In this document: piece after piece, positions 38,208 through 50,339 of the stretch
Position numbering within the stretch: the first letter of the stretch is position 1
Layout: each line of letters begins with the position of its first letter
Assembly: GCF_033153115.1 (NCBI RefSeq)
Contig: NW_026889821.1
Coordinates: forward strand, 2,170,001-2,234,000
Length of the DNA stretch: 64,000 nt
Direction: 5' to 3'
Source: Saccostrea echinata
Lineage: Eukaryota
Position numbers and translations under genes: made by a program
Notes under the pieces: model-generated
The model's database searches: none
Seen by the model: only the letters and a program-made list of their open reading frames with translations
Told to the model about the DNA's origin: nothing

Positions 38208-41200
38208 AGGAACATACCTCACAGACACAGATAATAGGACTATCAGATCTAGTGTCTAATCGAGAACAGATAATGTCAGCTTTGGATGAAATGGTGTGAC
38301 CCATTATTAATGCCTTCTTTGTCCCAATAAATGGTTGGCTTCTAGAAAAAACAATTATATGATTCAACAGTTTTATTGATGAAATCAGTCCTTAAAAGGA
38401 ACTTTTTCTCATCATTGTGAAACTTCCATGGGCATTGTTGAGCACATCAGTAAGAAAGCTAAGTTCATAAGAATGTCAATATTGAAGAAAAATAAGATAT
38501 ATATACAGTCCTAAAATAAAATTTCTCGGAGTGAAAGATTGGATGCACGGTCTCAGCCAAAGATCACATTTCTGAGTAAGGGTTAGATATCTGGTGAATT
38601 TCGAAATATTTGTTAATGACCTGAAAATTGGGGAAAATTCATCAGTTAATTGGTAATTGTATAACTCTTGTGCTTAATAAATGCATTGGTTTATGGTTGT
38701 AGCATTTAAAAGTTCTAGTACAATTAGAGATCATACTCAATTCCATCAAAAACAAGTTCTAAATTTATTGAGTTCCCTTACAATAATTGAAGTAAATGTA
38801 CTTACAAAGTATCAAAGCAAAAAAGTTGAAGCAACTTTTCAAATAAGACCTGGTATTTCCATTCTGACACTGCTTTCTGAGGCCTTTCTGTGATAATACT
38901 GTGTAGATAAAAGCTGATTTCATGCAGTTTAACAGACAACCTGCAAAAATAATTAGTATGTTTTTCATTCTAATATTTGCTAGTAAAAGGTCAGCCTTCC
39001 AGTGGTTTCAAGCTGATATGCATCCTAAAAGTCTGTATGATCAGTGCCTGACTCTGAGATTTGTTACATGTTTTACAGTGCACTAGCTGTTTTGGGTCAG
39101 CCCCCCCCCCCCCCCCCCCCTTTTCATTTCAGATGGTTACATGTATTGTATTTCTTGGTGAACCTTTTAATTTTATTGCTTGTCACAAGTTTTATGTACA
39201 CAGTCAGCAAAACAGTGGCTACATATAAAAAAAAAGGGCTTAAAGGCTTATGCTCCTTCTGGCACAAACAGAGTAAGATTAAGTATTATAGGGATTTCAT
39301 CCTTGCCTATAATAAGCGAAAAAAGTGTATGGTATTGACTTACTAAATCATGTAAAACAGCCTCATGAATCCTCCAGGGCATGGAGAGGATATATGTAAT
39401 AAGTAAGTAAAACATGTAATGAACAAATAAACTTTACTCTATTGGAAAGAGCATACTTCTCTTTTGGAATTTAATGAAATTCTTGTGCATATAAGAAAAA
39501 CTTCAAAAGTTTATGCAGCTGTCTAAATGTATGTTTCTCAAAATAAGTGCATTTAAAACTGCTTTATTAAAAATACTTAACCAAGTTAACATTTCCCCAC
39601 ATAAACATTTTTTTAAAAAATCTTCAAAAATGAGGAGAGTCAAACTTTTTAATATTAAAAAAAAAATCTACTCCCCAGACTATATGATATACATATCTAC
39701 ATGTATAGTACCAATCTAATTAAAATTTATTTAGATGTTCCGAATCTGCTACCGCTTCTCAGACATCTAACAATATCCCATTCGGGGTCACGTCAGAGGG
39801 ACCTTTCGATTACCCAATGAAATCGCCGTCTCCAAAATCTTGGCTTATAGTTTGTATGCATTTCTTTTTTTACTGCCGAACCTAAATGCCCGAGGGGTTT
39901 TGTAGTAAACAAAATATGCATGGTAAAGACCGAGCTATACATAAATGTGATGTGCGGGATATTCTGACGTATAGTTTGTGCATTTTTGTTTGCATTATTC
40001 AGGTAAGAATGACAGATTGGTGGACAATACCGCAATGTTCTATTTATACCAAAATTACTTTAATTCAACATGTTCAATGTAACACAGTCTACTGAGCATC
40101 AGTATGTTAAGATGTAGCAGTGGAACTAATTTTAGAATCATATACAGAAGCTTGAATCTGATTGGCCAAAATTTTTATGTTTATTCATAATTGAAAGGTC
40201 TCTCTGACATGACCCAGAAAGGGGTGTTGTTAGATGTTTCAGAAGCGGTACCGGATTCGGAACATCTAATTTTAATTAGATGGCTATAGTACATGTAGCT
40301 TTTCCAATTAATTAATTAACATGCTTAGGTGGAAACTTTTAGTACTCCAGTGTATGCATAACCTGTTCTCTGGGAGGAAAAACAAGCTACATTGTGTGGC
40401 GGTCAGACGGATTCGATCGCCGGTGGCCAGATAGCTCAGTTGGTAGAGCACCTGACTGGAGATTCAGGGGGCCCGGGTTCGAATCCCGATCTGGTCTGCT
40501 GCATTTTTCTCCTCTCCCATTACATTTGGTGCCGTGCCATGCCCTGGAAGTGACAGGTGAAAGACCTACCAGGGAAGAGCCTGGGTTGGTGTCTTCGGGG
40601 GCCGAATTCCTTTAAGGAGGGAGGAATGTGGCGGTCAGACGGGTTCGATCGCCGGTGGCCAGATAGCTCAGTTGTTAGAGCACCTGACTGGAGATTCAGG
40701 GGGCCCGGGTTCGAATCCCAGTCTGGTCCGCTGCATTTTTCTCCTCTCCCATTACAATTGCACTATTACTAATGGGAAAGGTTACAACAACAGAGAATCA
40801 CAGTGGTATGAAATATTGGCAATCTGTCTTACCAAAGAAAGATAACTCTGACTTGTAAGTGAGAATAGAACTTTCGAGACATGCTTACCAATGCAGATTC
40901 ACCATTCTTTCGTTTTCTTTTAAACTCAACATCATCATCTGATTTTCATCTGGACTCCATTTTTTCCTCAGTTTCTCATATGTGCCCTTTCTCTCGGGAA
41001 ATTCTTCTATCGACTCGTAATCAAATTCAAAATCACAGGCACTTACTAGAGTATCTACTTTTGTAATAGAATCGCTTGAGAGACGAAGTAAGCACCACCT
41101 ATTTAATATAATTTTCAATACGTCCTCTTTGAAAAAGCGAACGCCAAGTTTGTCAACGAAATGAGGGGTCCATTCACAACTACTTGAATTTTTTGTCCAA

Positions 41201-41241
41201 GAGTCACATGAACAGTCCGATTTTGGCAAAGTTGTTGCCAT
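28159..41241 (-). CDS. Gene D: uncharacterised PD-(D/E)XK restriction-endonuclease-like fold protein (~355-372 aa)
   Basis: Exons 41241-40889, 38940-38806, 38341-38218, 32347 (or 32398)-32273, 30444-30283, 28377-28159. All GT-AG, phases 2/2/0/0/0, continuous frame: ..VSEWKYQVLFEKLL..ISSKADIICS..PIICVCE..CPPKKKMK..LWAQHIGDLL..VLGITIDKTWVRFTYL..FYSEPYNYLSREDRKIIFKAL. Probable 5'UTR exon ends at 42015 (CAG|GTAAGT) with acceptor at 41300. The fold call is an inference. Confidence 0.8.
28412..29609 (-). mobile_element. HINE / non-autonomous Helitron (Helentron-type) with internal tandem units
   Basis: Ends GCTCACCTGAGCA (28435-28447) and CAGACAGACAAC..TGATCAGAAAA..TGAAGTGAGCTAAAA. ~170-bp units at 29030-29340. 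Confidence 0.75.
29696..30242. mobile_element. MITE with TIR CACGGCTCTCA, containing a nested inverted-repeat element (~29929-30155)
   Basis: CACGGCTCTCA..TGAGAGCCGTG with flanks ATATCA/ATATTA. Inner IR AGGATCATGAAACA..AAGTCAAA / TTTGACTT..TGTTTCATGATCCT. Confidence 0.65.
30476..30610. repeat. ~135-bp palindrome next to the gene D exon-5 acceptor
   Basis: AATATTGCATG.AGTTGAGTGTAACATTGAAAATTTTCACCCC pairs with GGGGTGAAAATTTTCAATGTTACACTCAACT.CATGCAATATT. Confidence 0.85.
32528..33294. mobile_element. Non-autonomous DNA transposon, ~40-bp TIR, 5-bp TSD TTGAT
   Basis: TTGAT|CAGTCCAGTCCATTTTGAAAAACTGTAATATTACA .. TGTAATATTACATTTTTTCATAATGGATTGGACTG|TTGAT. Confidence 0.8.
33490..33612. repeat. 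Short hairpin MITE
   Basis: CATAAAACTTAC..TTTTGATCTTGGTCTCAC pairs with GTGAGACTGAGATCAAAA..GTAAGTTTTATG. Confidence 0.65.
33636..38208 (-). mobile_element. HINE / Helitron-N with ~166-bp Cg170-like tandem array, interrupted by a nested DNA transposon
   Basis: Terminal AACAAGAGGCC..GGTCACCTGAG and GACGACGGACG..AGGTCACCTGAGTGACTCAGGTGACCTAAAA. ~166-bp units CCCCGCCCTAGCACCAGAACCCCTGACCCAGGGGCCATGAATTTCAC at 34770-34957 and 37143-37980. Confidence 0.85.
34960..37140. mobile_element. Non-autonomous TIR DNA transposon E1 (CAGTAC ends, TA TSD, GCGAACCC subterminal arrays)
   Basis: TIR CAGTACCGACCAGACACAACCTAACA. The TA duplication is shown by the uninterrupted satellite unit GCACTTTCAC-TA-TATGATCTATATAG at ~37635 and ~37803. 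Confidence 0.92.
39709..40286. mobile_element. MITE with ~110-bp imperfect TIRs (possibly Academ-like)
   Basis: ATCTAATTAAAAT..TAGATGTTCCGAATC.G.TACCGCTTCT..GTCAGAG.GACCTTTC is mirrored at 40190-40286. Possible TAG TSD. Family uncertain. Confidence 0.7.
40395..40756 (+). mobile_element. Complete miniature LTR retrotransposon with tRNA-derived LTRs (Ajax-type TRIM)
   Basis: LTRs 40395-40524 and 40627-40756 (130 bp, TG..CA, about 5 mismatches). PBS TGGTGCCGTG at 40527 (complementary to the tRNA-His 3' end), PPT AAGGAGGGAGGAA at 40614-40626, 4-bp TSD ATTG. Each LTR holds a cloverleaf with A/B boxes (40425-40497, 40657-40729). Confidence 0.92.
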
Positions 41242-43257
41242 TATCTGATTATAATCGTTTCACTGACTTTTCCTTGTGTGGCCTTTTTTTCATTTTTTCC
41301 TGAAAAAAAAAAAAAACAAAAGTAGAGAAATATTTTACGTCATCTCGATCCCGATTTAATTTCTAAAGCGTAAAAATATTTTTCTCTTTATAAATTTTAT
41401 TTCTTTAAAGTTGTATACTACATGAACATGTACATGTATTTTCACTTCTATTTCTAAAGCTGGAACAGTATGGAAATAATATGTTTACAATTAGGGGGTT
41501 ATCATCTTTTTTTATGATACTGATGAATAATACTTGATTGTGAATCTTTATTTTCTATTATTAGCAAGTTTATTACCTTGTTCAAGTATTATTATTCAAT
41601 GTCTATGTCTTTACCTATTATAATACAAGGAGAGGGTGTGCATAGGCTTTGCCTGTTGCCCAATCCTTATTGAATTACTCAATAAAATACGTTTAAATCA
41701 CATGTATTCCTAATGTTTTTTTTTTTAACCTGAGGATTTTTTCAAAGATTTTTCTGTATCTTTTCTAATTTATTGTCCTGAGAAATGTTAATTGCGACTC
41801 TTCCTTGAGACATTATAGCATTTTTCAAGACTGGGGCACCGTTTTTAAACAGACTTAAATCTAAAATAAATGCCCTGTAATTATAATATAAGTGGTCAAA
41901 ACTTAAAGACGTTGGTGGAAAGAGATTTTTTTAATCCAACTTTGACTTTGCGCCGCGAGGTATATATACATTTAAAGAGCGTAGGAACGTTAATTAATCA
42001 AGACACCCACTTACCTGTGGCCCGTGTGGGAATATTAAAAAAAAAAAGATAAACTTTATTTAAATAAAATGATAGCGACTGAATTAAAAAAAAAACACCT
42101 CGAAATTCATAAAGGTCAACTCCACTTTTTTAAGAAGCAATTGCGACTATCAAAATGAGAAAAGAGACTTGGTACAGGAAGTATAATTATCCTGAACAAA
42201 CCTTATGCATGTTATGCCCTCTCAATACTTTACTAATTCATTTTCATACAAATCCTTGGCACCGTTTGAAACTTTATTCTAAGTCTTATTCTAAGTCTGT
42301 ACCTCATGAATTCTCAAAAATTAAGTTCATATCTTATATTTTCATTATATTTCTTATGACTTGCCACATATTTTTGTCATTCATTAACTATAATTTAAAA
42401 AAAAAAAAAGCGAGTTGAATTTCCACTATTTTTTGACGTCAATTATGTCACTATGGAAATATTCTTACTCATCTGCAGTTCACGAGAACGTGACTCAACT
42501 TTTTTTCAAATTTGCAAAGAGTCTTAAGGAAAATTTTTGGAAATGTAATTAAGATATCAGAGTGCACTTTGAATTTTGCACGAATACAGGTCAGGTACAT
42601 TGCATGTAATTTGAAAAAAAAAGTTTACGTTACCTATTCAAAATATAGAATAGATTTTTACACACATTTTTTGTAATGAATTAAGCTTTAATTTACATAA
42701 AAGACAGTGCAATTTTTCTACATTATTTGCATGGAAGATTTGATCCCATGTGGATTACAGCTGCTGTGAAAATGGTATTAAGATGGAGGGAATATGTAAT
42801 GGAGCTTTATGAAATCACCACACCTTTGACTATTACTTACATCCATATATCAAAAAGTGACATACATTCATTTCAATATTTAAATTATTTGCTCGATTTT
42901 CTTTATTGTTTGTTTCCAAGAAATTCCATAACCCAGTTGATCAAAGCATTGCATCAAAGACTAGGGAAATATCACTGTATGTCCTGCTTATTACCATTCA
43001 AAAGGTTTTATTGTCTAATTGCTATCATCGATTAGCGTAAGTGTCATTCATTCCAGAACCAACTGGAAGGGATCTCTGTACAAAAAGGTCATCCAGGGAC
43101 CAAATGTGCATACAGTGGGTGGTGGCTGAGAAGAGTTTAATTTGTCGGTAACTCTTCTGTATTATACATGCATCACATGTTATGATAAAATCACAATCGT
43201 TATACATTCCCACTATTTTTTATGTTTTCTATTCATGGAATTCCATATACGACAGTC

Positions 43258-43327
43258 AACTGCTTACTGCCAACTGCTCACTGTTTACTGCCAACTGCTC
43301 AATGCTTACTGCCAACTGCCACTGCTC
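43258..43327. repeat. 21-bp minisatellite (ACTGCTTACTGCCAACTGCTC-like) x~3.5
   Basis: TTACTGCCAACTGC is repeated at 21-bp spacing. Confidence 0.85.
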
Positions 43328-44709
43328 ATAGATGATATTGCCTGTTTTATTATCTTTAATATCTTTAATACGCATGCTTAATTGAATAAACCCTATGATA
43401 GATTACAATAATAAAAAAAATAATTGGCGGATTCAGGAATTTTTAAACTGTGAAGGCAAGGAAGGAATAAATACATCTAATTCCCACATTTCCTTGCAGG
43501 CAAATAATTCAAAAGATTTCTTGATAGGGAAGGGGGTATTAATTAAAGGCTTATATACGTCAGAAAAAAATGGGAGGGGGGACTTTCAGTAGGATCTTGG
43601 GTTACATTTGTTGGTATATGTATTTATATCAGAAATACTTATTAAAAAATCATGAAGACCTTTTACTCTATGTAAAAATAGTTGATCTCAGGCAAGGAAA
43701 ATCAAATTCAGTGCTTGGGGGGGGGGGGGGCACAACCCAACATAGTTCCCTTGAGAAGGAATTTAAATTTATAAAGGAATTTATATTTATAAACTGATTA
43801 TTTTTGAAAAATTGCAGATGTGTAGTTATTTCTGGAATTCCGAAAAAATACGCGTTTCCCGTTTCCTTGTTGTACCAGTATTTGCTAGGATCCATTTTAT
43901 AAAATATTACAGCAATTGCATTAATGATCTAAAAAGAACAACAACAACAAAAATATTTATTGTGCGCATCAATTCAGAAAAAAAAATTGATGAAATAAAA
44001 TTCAGTGAATTCGTGCAATAATTCAAATCTCAATTGCCTTGTTGCGCAAATCAAATGAGCTGAAGATAATAATCAAATATTTAAATAATTATATTTTTAA
44101 GTATTTGAGCGTATGTTCATTTAGCTCGCTATAGTACAGTATTTGATATTCAAGTTATTGTTATTCAGCTTTTAAATCAAACTTTTTTTTTTTACCCGGA
44201 TGTTTTTTTTACAAGCTTATTCTTCAGTTAATGTTATGGAATGGGTATTAGAACTTTTAAGGAAATAGTTTCCCATGGGGAAAAGCATAGATATATGTAT
44301 ATATCTGCCGAAACCCCATTCCATAGCTGTTTAATTATACGGAAACAATTCAGACATTTTTATGTAAACTACCTATTACCTTTTAAAATTTACGAAAAAA
44401 ATATTTATTGCAATTTTTATAATCATAATTTTGCCATCATATCAGCTGATTTTGTCTTCAAAAATTATTTTCTACATGTAGAGGAAAGGAAATTGTTGAA
44501 AATTTGCAATAAATTCTATCACCTAGTCTAAAACTTTTAAAAGGTCCCGGCAAAAATATATAAACAACTGCTGTTTGTAGAAATATGAAGGAGAAAAAAA
44601 AGATGGACTTGAAGTCTTGTCATAAAAAACAAATCAAACTTGAAGGGTGAGATAAGGTGTTTCAAATGCTTCCTAAGTCGAACCGCTTTCCGTTTCAAAC
44701 AGATTAATA

Positions 44710-45031
44710 TCGCATTGTGCCTTTTTCTAATATTCAGGCATTTTTTATCGGAAGGCCGTGGGTTCAAACCCTGGCTGCAATTGACCTAAGTCAATAAAAA
44801 AAGGTTGCAAATGTTCCTTCTCCAAGGGCTCAGCGTTTGAAGTGAAAGTTGCGGTCTTTCGGATAAGACCTTAAAAACCAAGGTCCTGTGTCACGGTAGG
44901 CGTTGGCACGAAAAAAGATCCCTCACTGCTCAAAGGCACTGAGTGTCGAGTAAAGGTCTACATTTTAAGACCGGTATATGGTGACGTCTCTGTGTGAGTA
45001 AAAAAAATTCTCAAATGTGACGTAAAACAAT
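44710..45031 (+). mobile_element. tRNA-derived SINE with Meta and Deu/Nin domains (BivaMD-SINE-like)
   Basis: B-box GGGTTCAAACCC, GACCTAAGTC.., Deu-like GTCTTTCGGATAAGACCTTAAAAACCAAGGTCC..AAAGATCCCTCACTGCTC, tail GACGTAAAACAA. Confidence 0.75.
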
Positions 45032-45485
45032 ACATGTATAATCTATAGTCTACTAAGCCTAAAAGGTCGTTGGAAACTGATTAAGGTTTAAATAGTCTGA
45101 AATCACAAAGTTTTGGTGGGGGTTTATATATCATTGTTTTTGTGGCACATGTATCAAAGACCCATAAAATCTTGTCCTCTATGAAAATATTAAAATTTCA
45201 AACCACAGTAACATGTGTTTAACCATTAAATCAAACACCACAAACCATTTTTTTTTTTCATCAAATGAATCCAAGAAAATCTAAAACCCACGACGAATAC
45301 AAGTGATTTTACATGAATTACTACATTTTATTGACACAAAAAAATGAAGTACATATAGATATACATATCTATACTCTTGAAATAATAATAAAAAAATACA
45401 CTGCATTAAATTGGTAGTTTATTAGAGGAATTGCAAACTTTAAAGGGCGTTTCACTGTCATGAACTTCAATTACTGCACTACCTA

Positions 45486-47511
45486 CAGTACCAACCAGAC
45501 CCAACCTGACAGATAGCAGTCCCAGAGCAGTCCCGGAGACTGCTTTCTGGGACTGTTGTGGGACTGCTAAAGCAGTCCCAGAGCAGTCCCACAGCGGTCC
45601 CAGCAGTCCCAGCGGTCCCAGAAAGCAGTCACAGCGGTCCCAAAAAGCAGTCCCAGCAGTCCCAGTAGGCGGGGTTAATAATTTAATGGGCGGAGCTTAG
45701 TCATTACACAGTATGTCAACAAACAATGTCAGTAATATAAAGGCAGTTGAAATTTAATGATGCACTTCATTTTTTAGGAGAAAAAAGTGTTAGACATGTT
45801 ACATGTACAGCATATTTACAATTCTTATGTGACAATTATTTCTGAATAAATAACAAAACTGCAGTATATAAAAAATAATTATATTAAAAAAAGAGACTTT
45901 CACACTCAAACTGTAATTACAACCGTAGTTTATTAATTTGAAACTGCATATATTTTTTTTTTCTAGGAAATTAATCATGTGCTTAATAAAATGAATGGTT
46001 TATTTTAAGACTAGAATTCAATGACTTTGAAATACATGTAGATCCTACAAATATAGAGCAAGGCCGATTCCCATATTACTCCGTAAATTATGTTTTTCAT
46101 TGACGTTGAAACTTCAGAAAATATACATGTGTAACATGAATTTGACGACAGTTAATTCTTTATCAAATTTTGCTTACTAATATATTCTGGCTATCATTTT
46201 CATTGACTTGTCGATATAATTTTTGTAAGAATCTTTACGCAACGTAAAACAATTTCACTATAATATTTCCTGAGCCCCTACATCAGTGTGCATGTACATG
46301 TAATTCAGGCAAGTGACTATATCTCAGATATTTAAGAAATTAAACAATCCTGAAATACATTTATACCATGTTTATCAAAACAGGAGTTTTGCAGTTTGAG
46401 GAACGAAATAAATGTCATTGTTGACCAGTATGGTCAGTGATGTGTAACACTGATACCCAAATAACACGCGTGAACTGTCCGCTATTCATGCACAAAGGCG
46501 ATTGAAAATTAGCCAGTGTTTACACATTTTATACACCGTGTACGGCTTTTAATCGGCCAGACTATGCAGTTGTTAGGTGTATCTTGTTTTTCCTCAAACG
46601 TTCACAAAAAGAAATAAGAAATAAAACACAGATTTCGATATTTTCAACCATATTTATTTTAAAATATAATTTTATATATTTATTAAAACTTTTTTATAAG
46701 TTAAAAATAAATCCGGGATGACAGGAGATTATTTCATAGAAAGAGATTGTCCTTATTTGAATAAATTATTAGGTTCTATTTTGAAGCTGTAAAAAAAGAC
46801 AGCATTGATTTATTTTCTCTTTTTTTCCGTGATAGCTGCCTTTACATTCTAAAAATAATTATTTTCCAGTGCAGCATATATATAGCTTTGAAAATTTTCT
46901 AAAACTTTGATGGCGTGATTGTGTCCTCCTTTAAGACATAGAATAATGTAAATTTTAAGTACATAATTTAACAGCTTTTATTAATCATATAAATCATTTA
47001 GTTTCAAACACCTGCATTTACTTTAAATACACAGAATAAAAAAAAAATTATATTCTGATTTATGTTTTTTAAAGTGGCAAAACAACTTTTTATTATTACC
47101 AACATTTAATTAATTTTTCGAATGGATTTTACACTGTAATGGTGCGAAATCGGCGCTTGACGTTCATGTATACACATGTATCTTTCAGAAGCTAACAGTA
47201 TTTGTTAGTTTTTTGGAAAATTCTTGTTGATTAGTTTTCTTTTACAACTTCTCTGCTGAAAGTAAACAAAACTTCTGTACAAAATGAAACCTGCAAATTC
47301 AGAATACACGAGGGGCGGGGCTTTCTTGTCACTCAGAATCATTTTCACGCATGGGTGAACAAAGCAGTCCCAGGGACTGCTGGGACTGCTGGGTCTGCTT
47401 TCTAGAGCAGTCCGACAGCAGTCCGAGAGCAGTCCCACAGCGGTCCCAGAGCAGTCCCGGGGACTGCTTTTTGGGACTGCTTGGGTGTCAGGTTGGGTCT
47501 GGTTGGTACTG
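45486..47511. mobile_element. Non-autonomous TIR DNA transposon E2 (CAGTAC ends, TA TSD, GCAGTCCC subterminal arrays)
   Basis: TA|CAGTACCAACCAGACCCAACCTGACA .. TGTCAGGTTGGGTCTGGTTGGTACTG|TA. Confidence 0.92.
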
Positions 47512-47532
47512 TATGTACAATACATGTACAGC

Positions 47533-47807
47533 GATCGCCTGCGTGGCGAAGTGGTAAGAGTGTTTTCTCTTAAGAAGCACAGTAAGGAGTTGATCCTTAC
47601 GTCGTGGATCCCACTGGATACCGGTCCTTCGGATGAGACCGTAAAAACCCAGGTCCCGTGTCGCAGAAGGCGCTGGCACGAAAAGATCCCTCATTACTCT
47701 AACGCCGTCAGTGCCTAGTAAAGGTCAAAATTTGCAGCCCGCCACCAGTAAGTGGTGGCGTCTCAATATGAGTGAGAAATTCTCGAAGGGACGTTAAACA
47801 AAAAACA
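47533..47807 (+). mobile_element. tRNA-derived Deu/Nin-domain SINE
   Basis: A-box TGGCGAAGTGG, Deu-like CCTTCGGATGAGACCGTAAAAACCCAGGTCCCGTGTCGCAG..AAAAGATCCCTCA, tail GGGACGTTAAACAAAAAACA. Confidence 0.8.
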
Positions 47808-48573
47808 GTGCAACATTTTGATACATGCGTGAACAAAAAAAAGGTTTGATGGATGTATTTCAAATTTTTAGTTTATTGTAATAATATCCCTATATACACG
47901 ATGTATTTTTCCTGCGTCATTTCTCTTGTAATTTCTGTTTGATGTGAACAAGATATATGCGTTTCTTAAAAGTGCATCATACGTATTCAATTGGTCAATG
48001 TTCAGGAGAAAGACTTAACCAATACATACATGTATGCTTTATTCTTTGAATTTTCTTTCCAGGTTTTTGTTCAACATTGCACTCTAAGGGGTCATGCATC
48101 AACTCTGTGGGGATGGAACATACATGTACTTGTAGCATCATCACAATGTGTTAATCAAGTAAGGAAAATTTCAATAATGTGTAAATCAGTTTTGTACTCA
48201 TAATGTCTTCATGCCCAAATCATTACTAACCAACACTGAACCTGGCATTTTGAAATGTAGAAAAAATCGGTATATTCAATGTTATGCCATTGGCCTCCAT
48301 ACGTATTGTTGCGGTCACGAAAGTAAAGACAAAATCTTTGAAAAGAAGGATCGCAGGTGACGTTTTCGCCAATTTATTTCTGAATTTTGTCGCTCATTTT
48401 CCTCGATTTTTTTCGAAGCTCCGAAACGGGATACATATGCTGCAGATAAACAAGTCTTCTGCAGTGGAAAAGGGGCGCAAAATACATTTTAAACGTTGTA
48501 CTGAATTATAAACGGTATATGTATAACAAAACATTTAGTGACTGTGTTCTTGCATGTCTTTATATATATATAT

Positions 48574-49427
48574 TAGGGATGTCAACGAGTACCCGGTTAA
48601 CCGGGTACTCGATCGAACGTCCGAGTATCGAATACTAAAAATGGTACTCGGTAACTCGGATGTGTATTTTTTCTTATTTCAAAGTACATATTTTCATCAA
48701 AAACTTATCAAAAAATAACTTAAATATACATACGGTAATTTGCGTGTCGTCATCTACACCTGTAAAACACCCGTATTATCGCCTCTGGCTGTGTATATAC
48801 AGTAATTAGTGACCAATCACCCAGCTGTTCTCACCTATTGTGGTCCTTAATTTTTGAATGGCTTCAATGATTGTTTAAAGTGAACATCGATGGTCTATTA
48901 TCTTTAAATCATTTTAAAATTATTTAGTTAATATACGGCAGCAAAATCGGGCATGCATAGAAATGTCGTTACCCACTTCAAAAGTGAAGAAATATTTAGA
49001 AATAACAATTATGTTGAAAGTCAGTTTGCGTCGTAAGTTTAGTGTATACGGGGGAAACAACCAACATATGAAATAATTTTAGACTAGCGATCCAAACAAC
49101 GTCCGTTCCTTCTCTTTCGCTAGACTAAGAATCATAAACATGCGTAAGAGATTGTCCTCCTTTTGATGAAATAGATCCTAAAGAAGAACCATTTGTAATT
49201 TTTGATGTATTAATTGTGTCTTTTGTGTTGGATAAATAAATTTAGGACCAAAAACATTTCCGTTGGAATCGATGTTTATATACATTTACAAACGTGATAA
49301 AAATAGCTTTGAGGTTTAACAGAGAGCTTAACGGGGCTCAAGAAAATTTTACTTGTATTTACATTTTTTACCGAGTACCCGGGTACTCGATCGGAAAAAC
49401 GTCCGAGTAACCGATTATCAAAAATTG
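48574..49427 (+). mobile_element. hAT-like non-autonomous element (right end lost in gap)
   Basis: Starts TAGGGATG. Subterminal CGAGTACCCGG/GGGTACTCGATCG motifs at both ends (48585-48660, 49370-49420). Possible decayed BED-finger-like stretch at ~48975-49080. Confidence 0.65.
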
Positions 49428-49573
49428 NNNNNNNNNNNNNNNNNNNNNNNNNNNNNNNNNNNNNNNNNNNNNNNNNNNNNNNNNNNNNNNNNNNNNNNNN
49501 NNNNNNNNNNNNNNNNNNNNNNNNNNNNNNNNNNNNNNNNNNNNNNNNNNNNNNNNNNNNNNNNNNNNNNNNN
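49428..49573. other. Assembly gap (N)
   Basis: Run of N. Confidence 1.
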
Positions 49574-50339
49574 CAAAAAGGTAGAGCAGCATATGTATGT
49601 TTACAACCTATGCAAAGAGCTTAAAAACTATGCATTTTGAAAGTTTATAACTCACTTCTCTCAATATTTCTCATGTGTGCCATAGAACAAAGGAATTCCT
49701 TTTTAGTTTTTGTTTTTGCGTGCTGTTTTGTCTGTCAGACATGTCCTACCCTCAGCACGATTGAAGTTCTGGATTTTCCTCTTGGTGCGTTTATAAAGAT
49801 AAATACATGTAGTGTAGTGTTAAAACATCATTTTAACAAAGATGAGGATATGATTAGTTTTGGCATATATGTACATGTATAATTGTACTTGAAAATCTCT
49901 GTGACAAAATATGTACAGAAAACCTAAGTATTAATCATTGTTGTCATTGTCTTGGATTCTCTTCCTCCTGTCTTGCTTGAGTAAATTGTCATTATAAGTA
50001 ATTAATTATTTGCATCCGTACGTCAAAGCTTTTGAACAGGAGGTTTTTGTGTCGATGTGCGAAAGTCATGTCATAAATGTTTTTTTTTTTTAAATGTTTT
50101 TTATTGTATAGCAAACTAAAACCATGATTGCAATAAAGCACTGTTAATGGTACTAACTAAAGATTTTCTATTTCATAAAATTTGAAGAGGACGAGACCCT
50201 GATTTATCAATCATATATAACGCATTGTGCATATATGTAAAGACAGGGGAAAATTATTTCTCTCTGTGACATTCAACTACACTGATCACCGTTATGGTTA
50301 TAAAAAAAGTTCAGTGTGACATAATTCATTTTGAATGGG

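Noticed and set aside
40425-40729. Two tRNA genes
   Set aside because: 8-nt anticodon loop and T-stem mismatches, and both are embedded in the LTRs of a retroelement with PBS, PPT and TSD.
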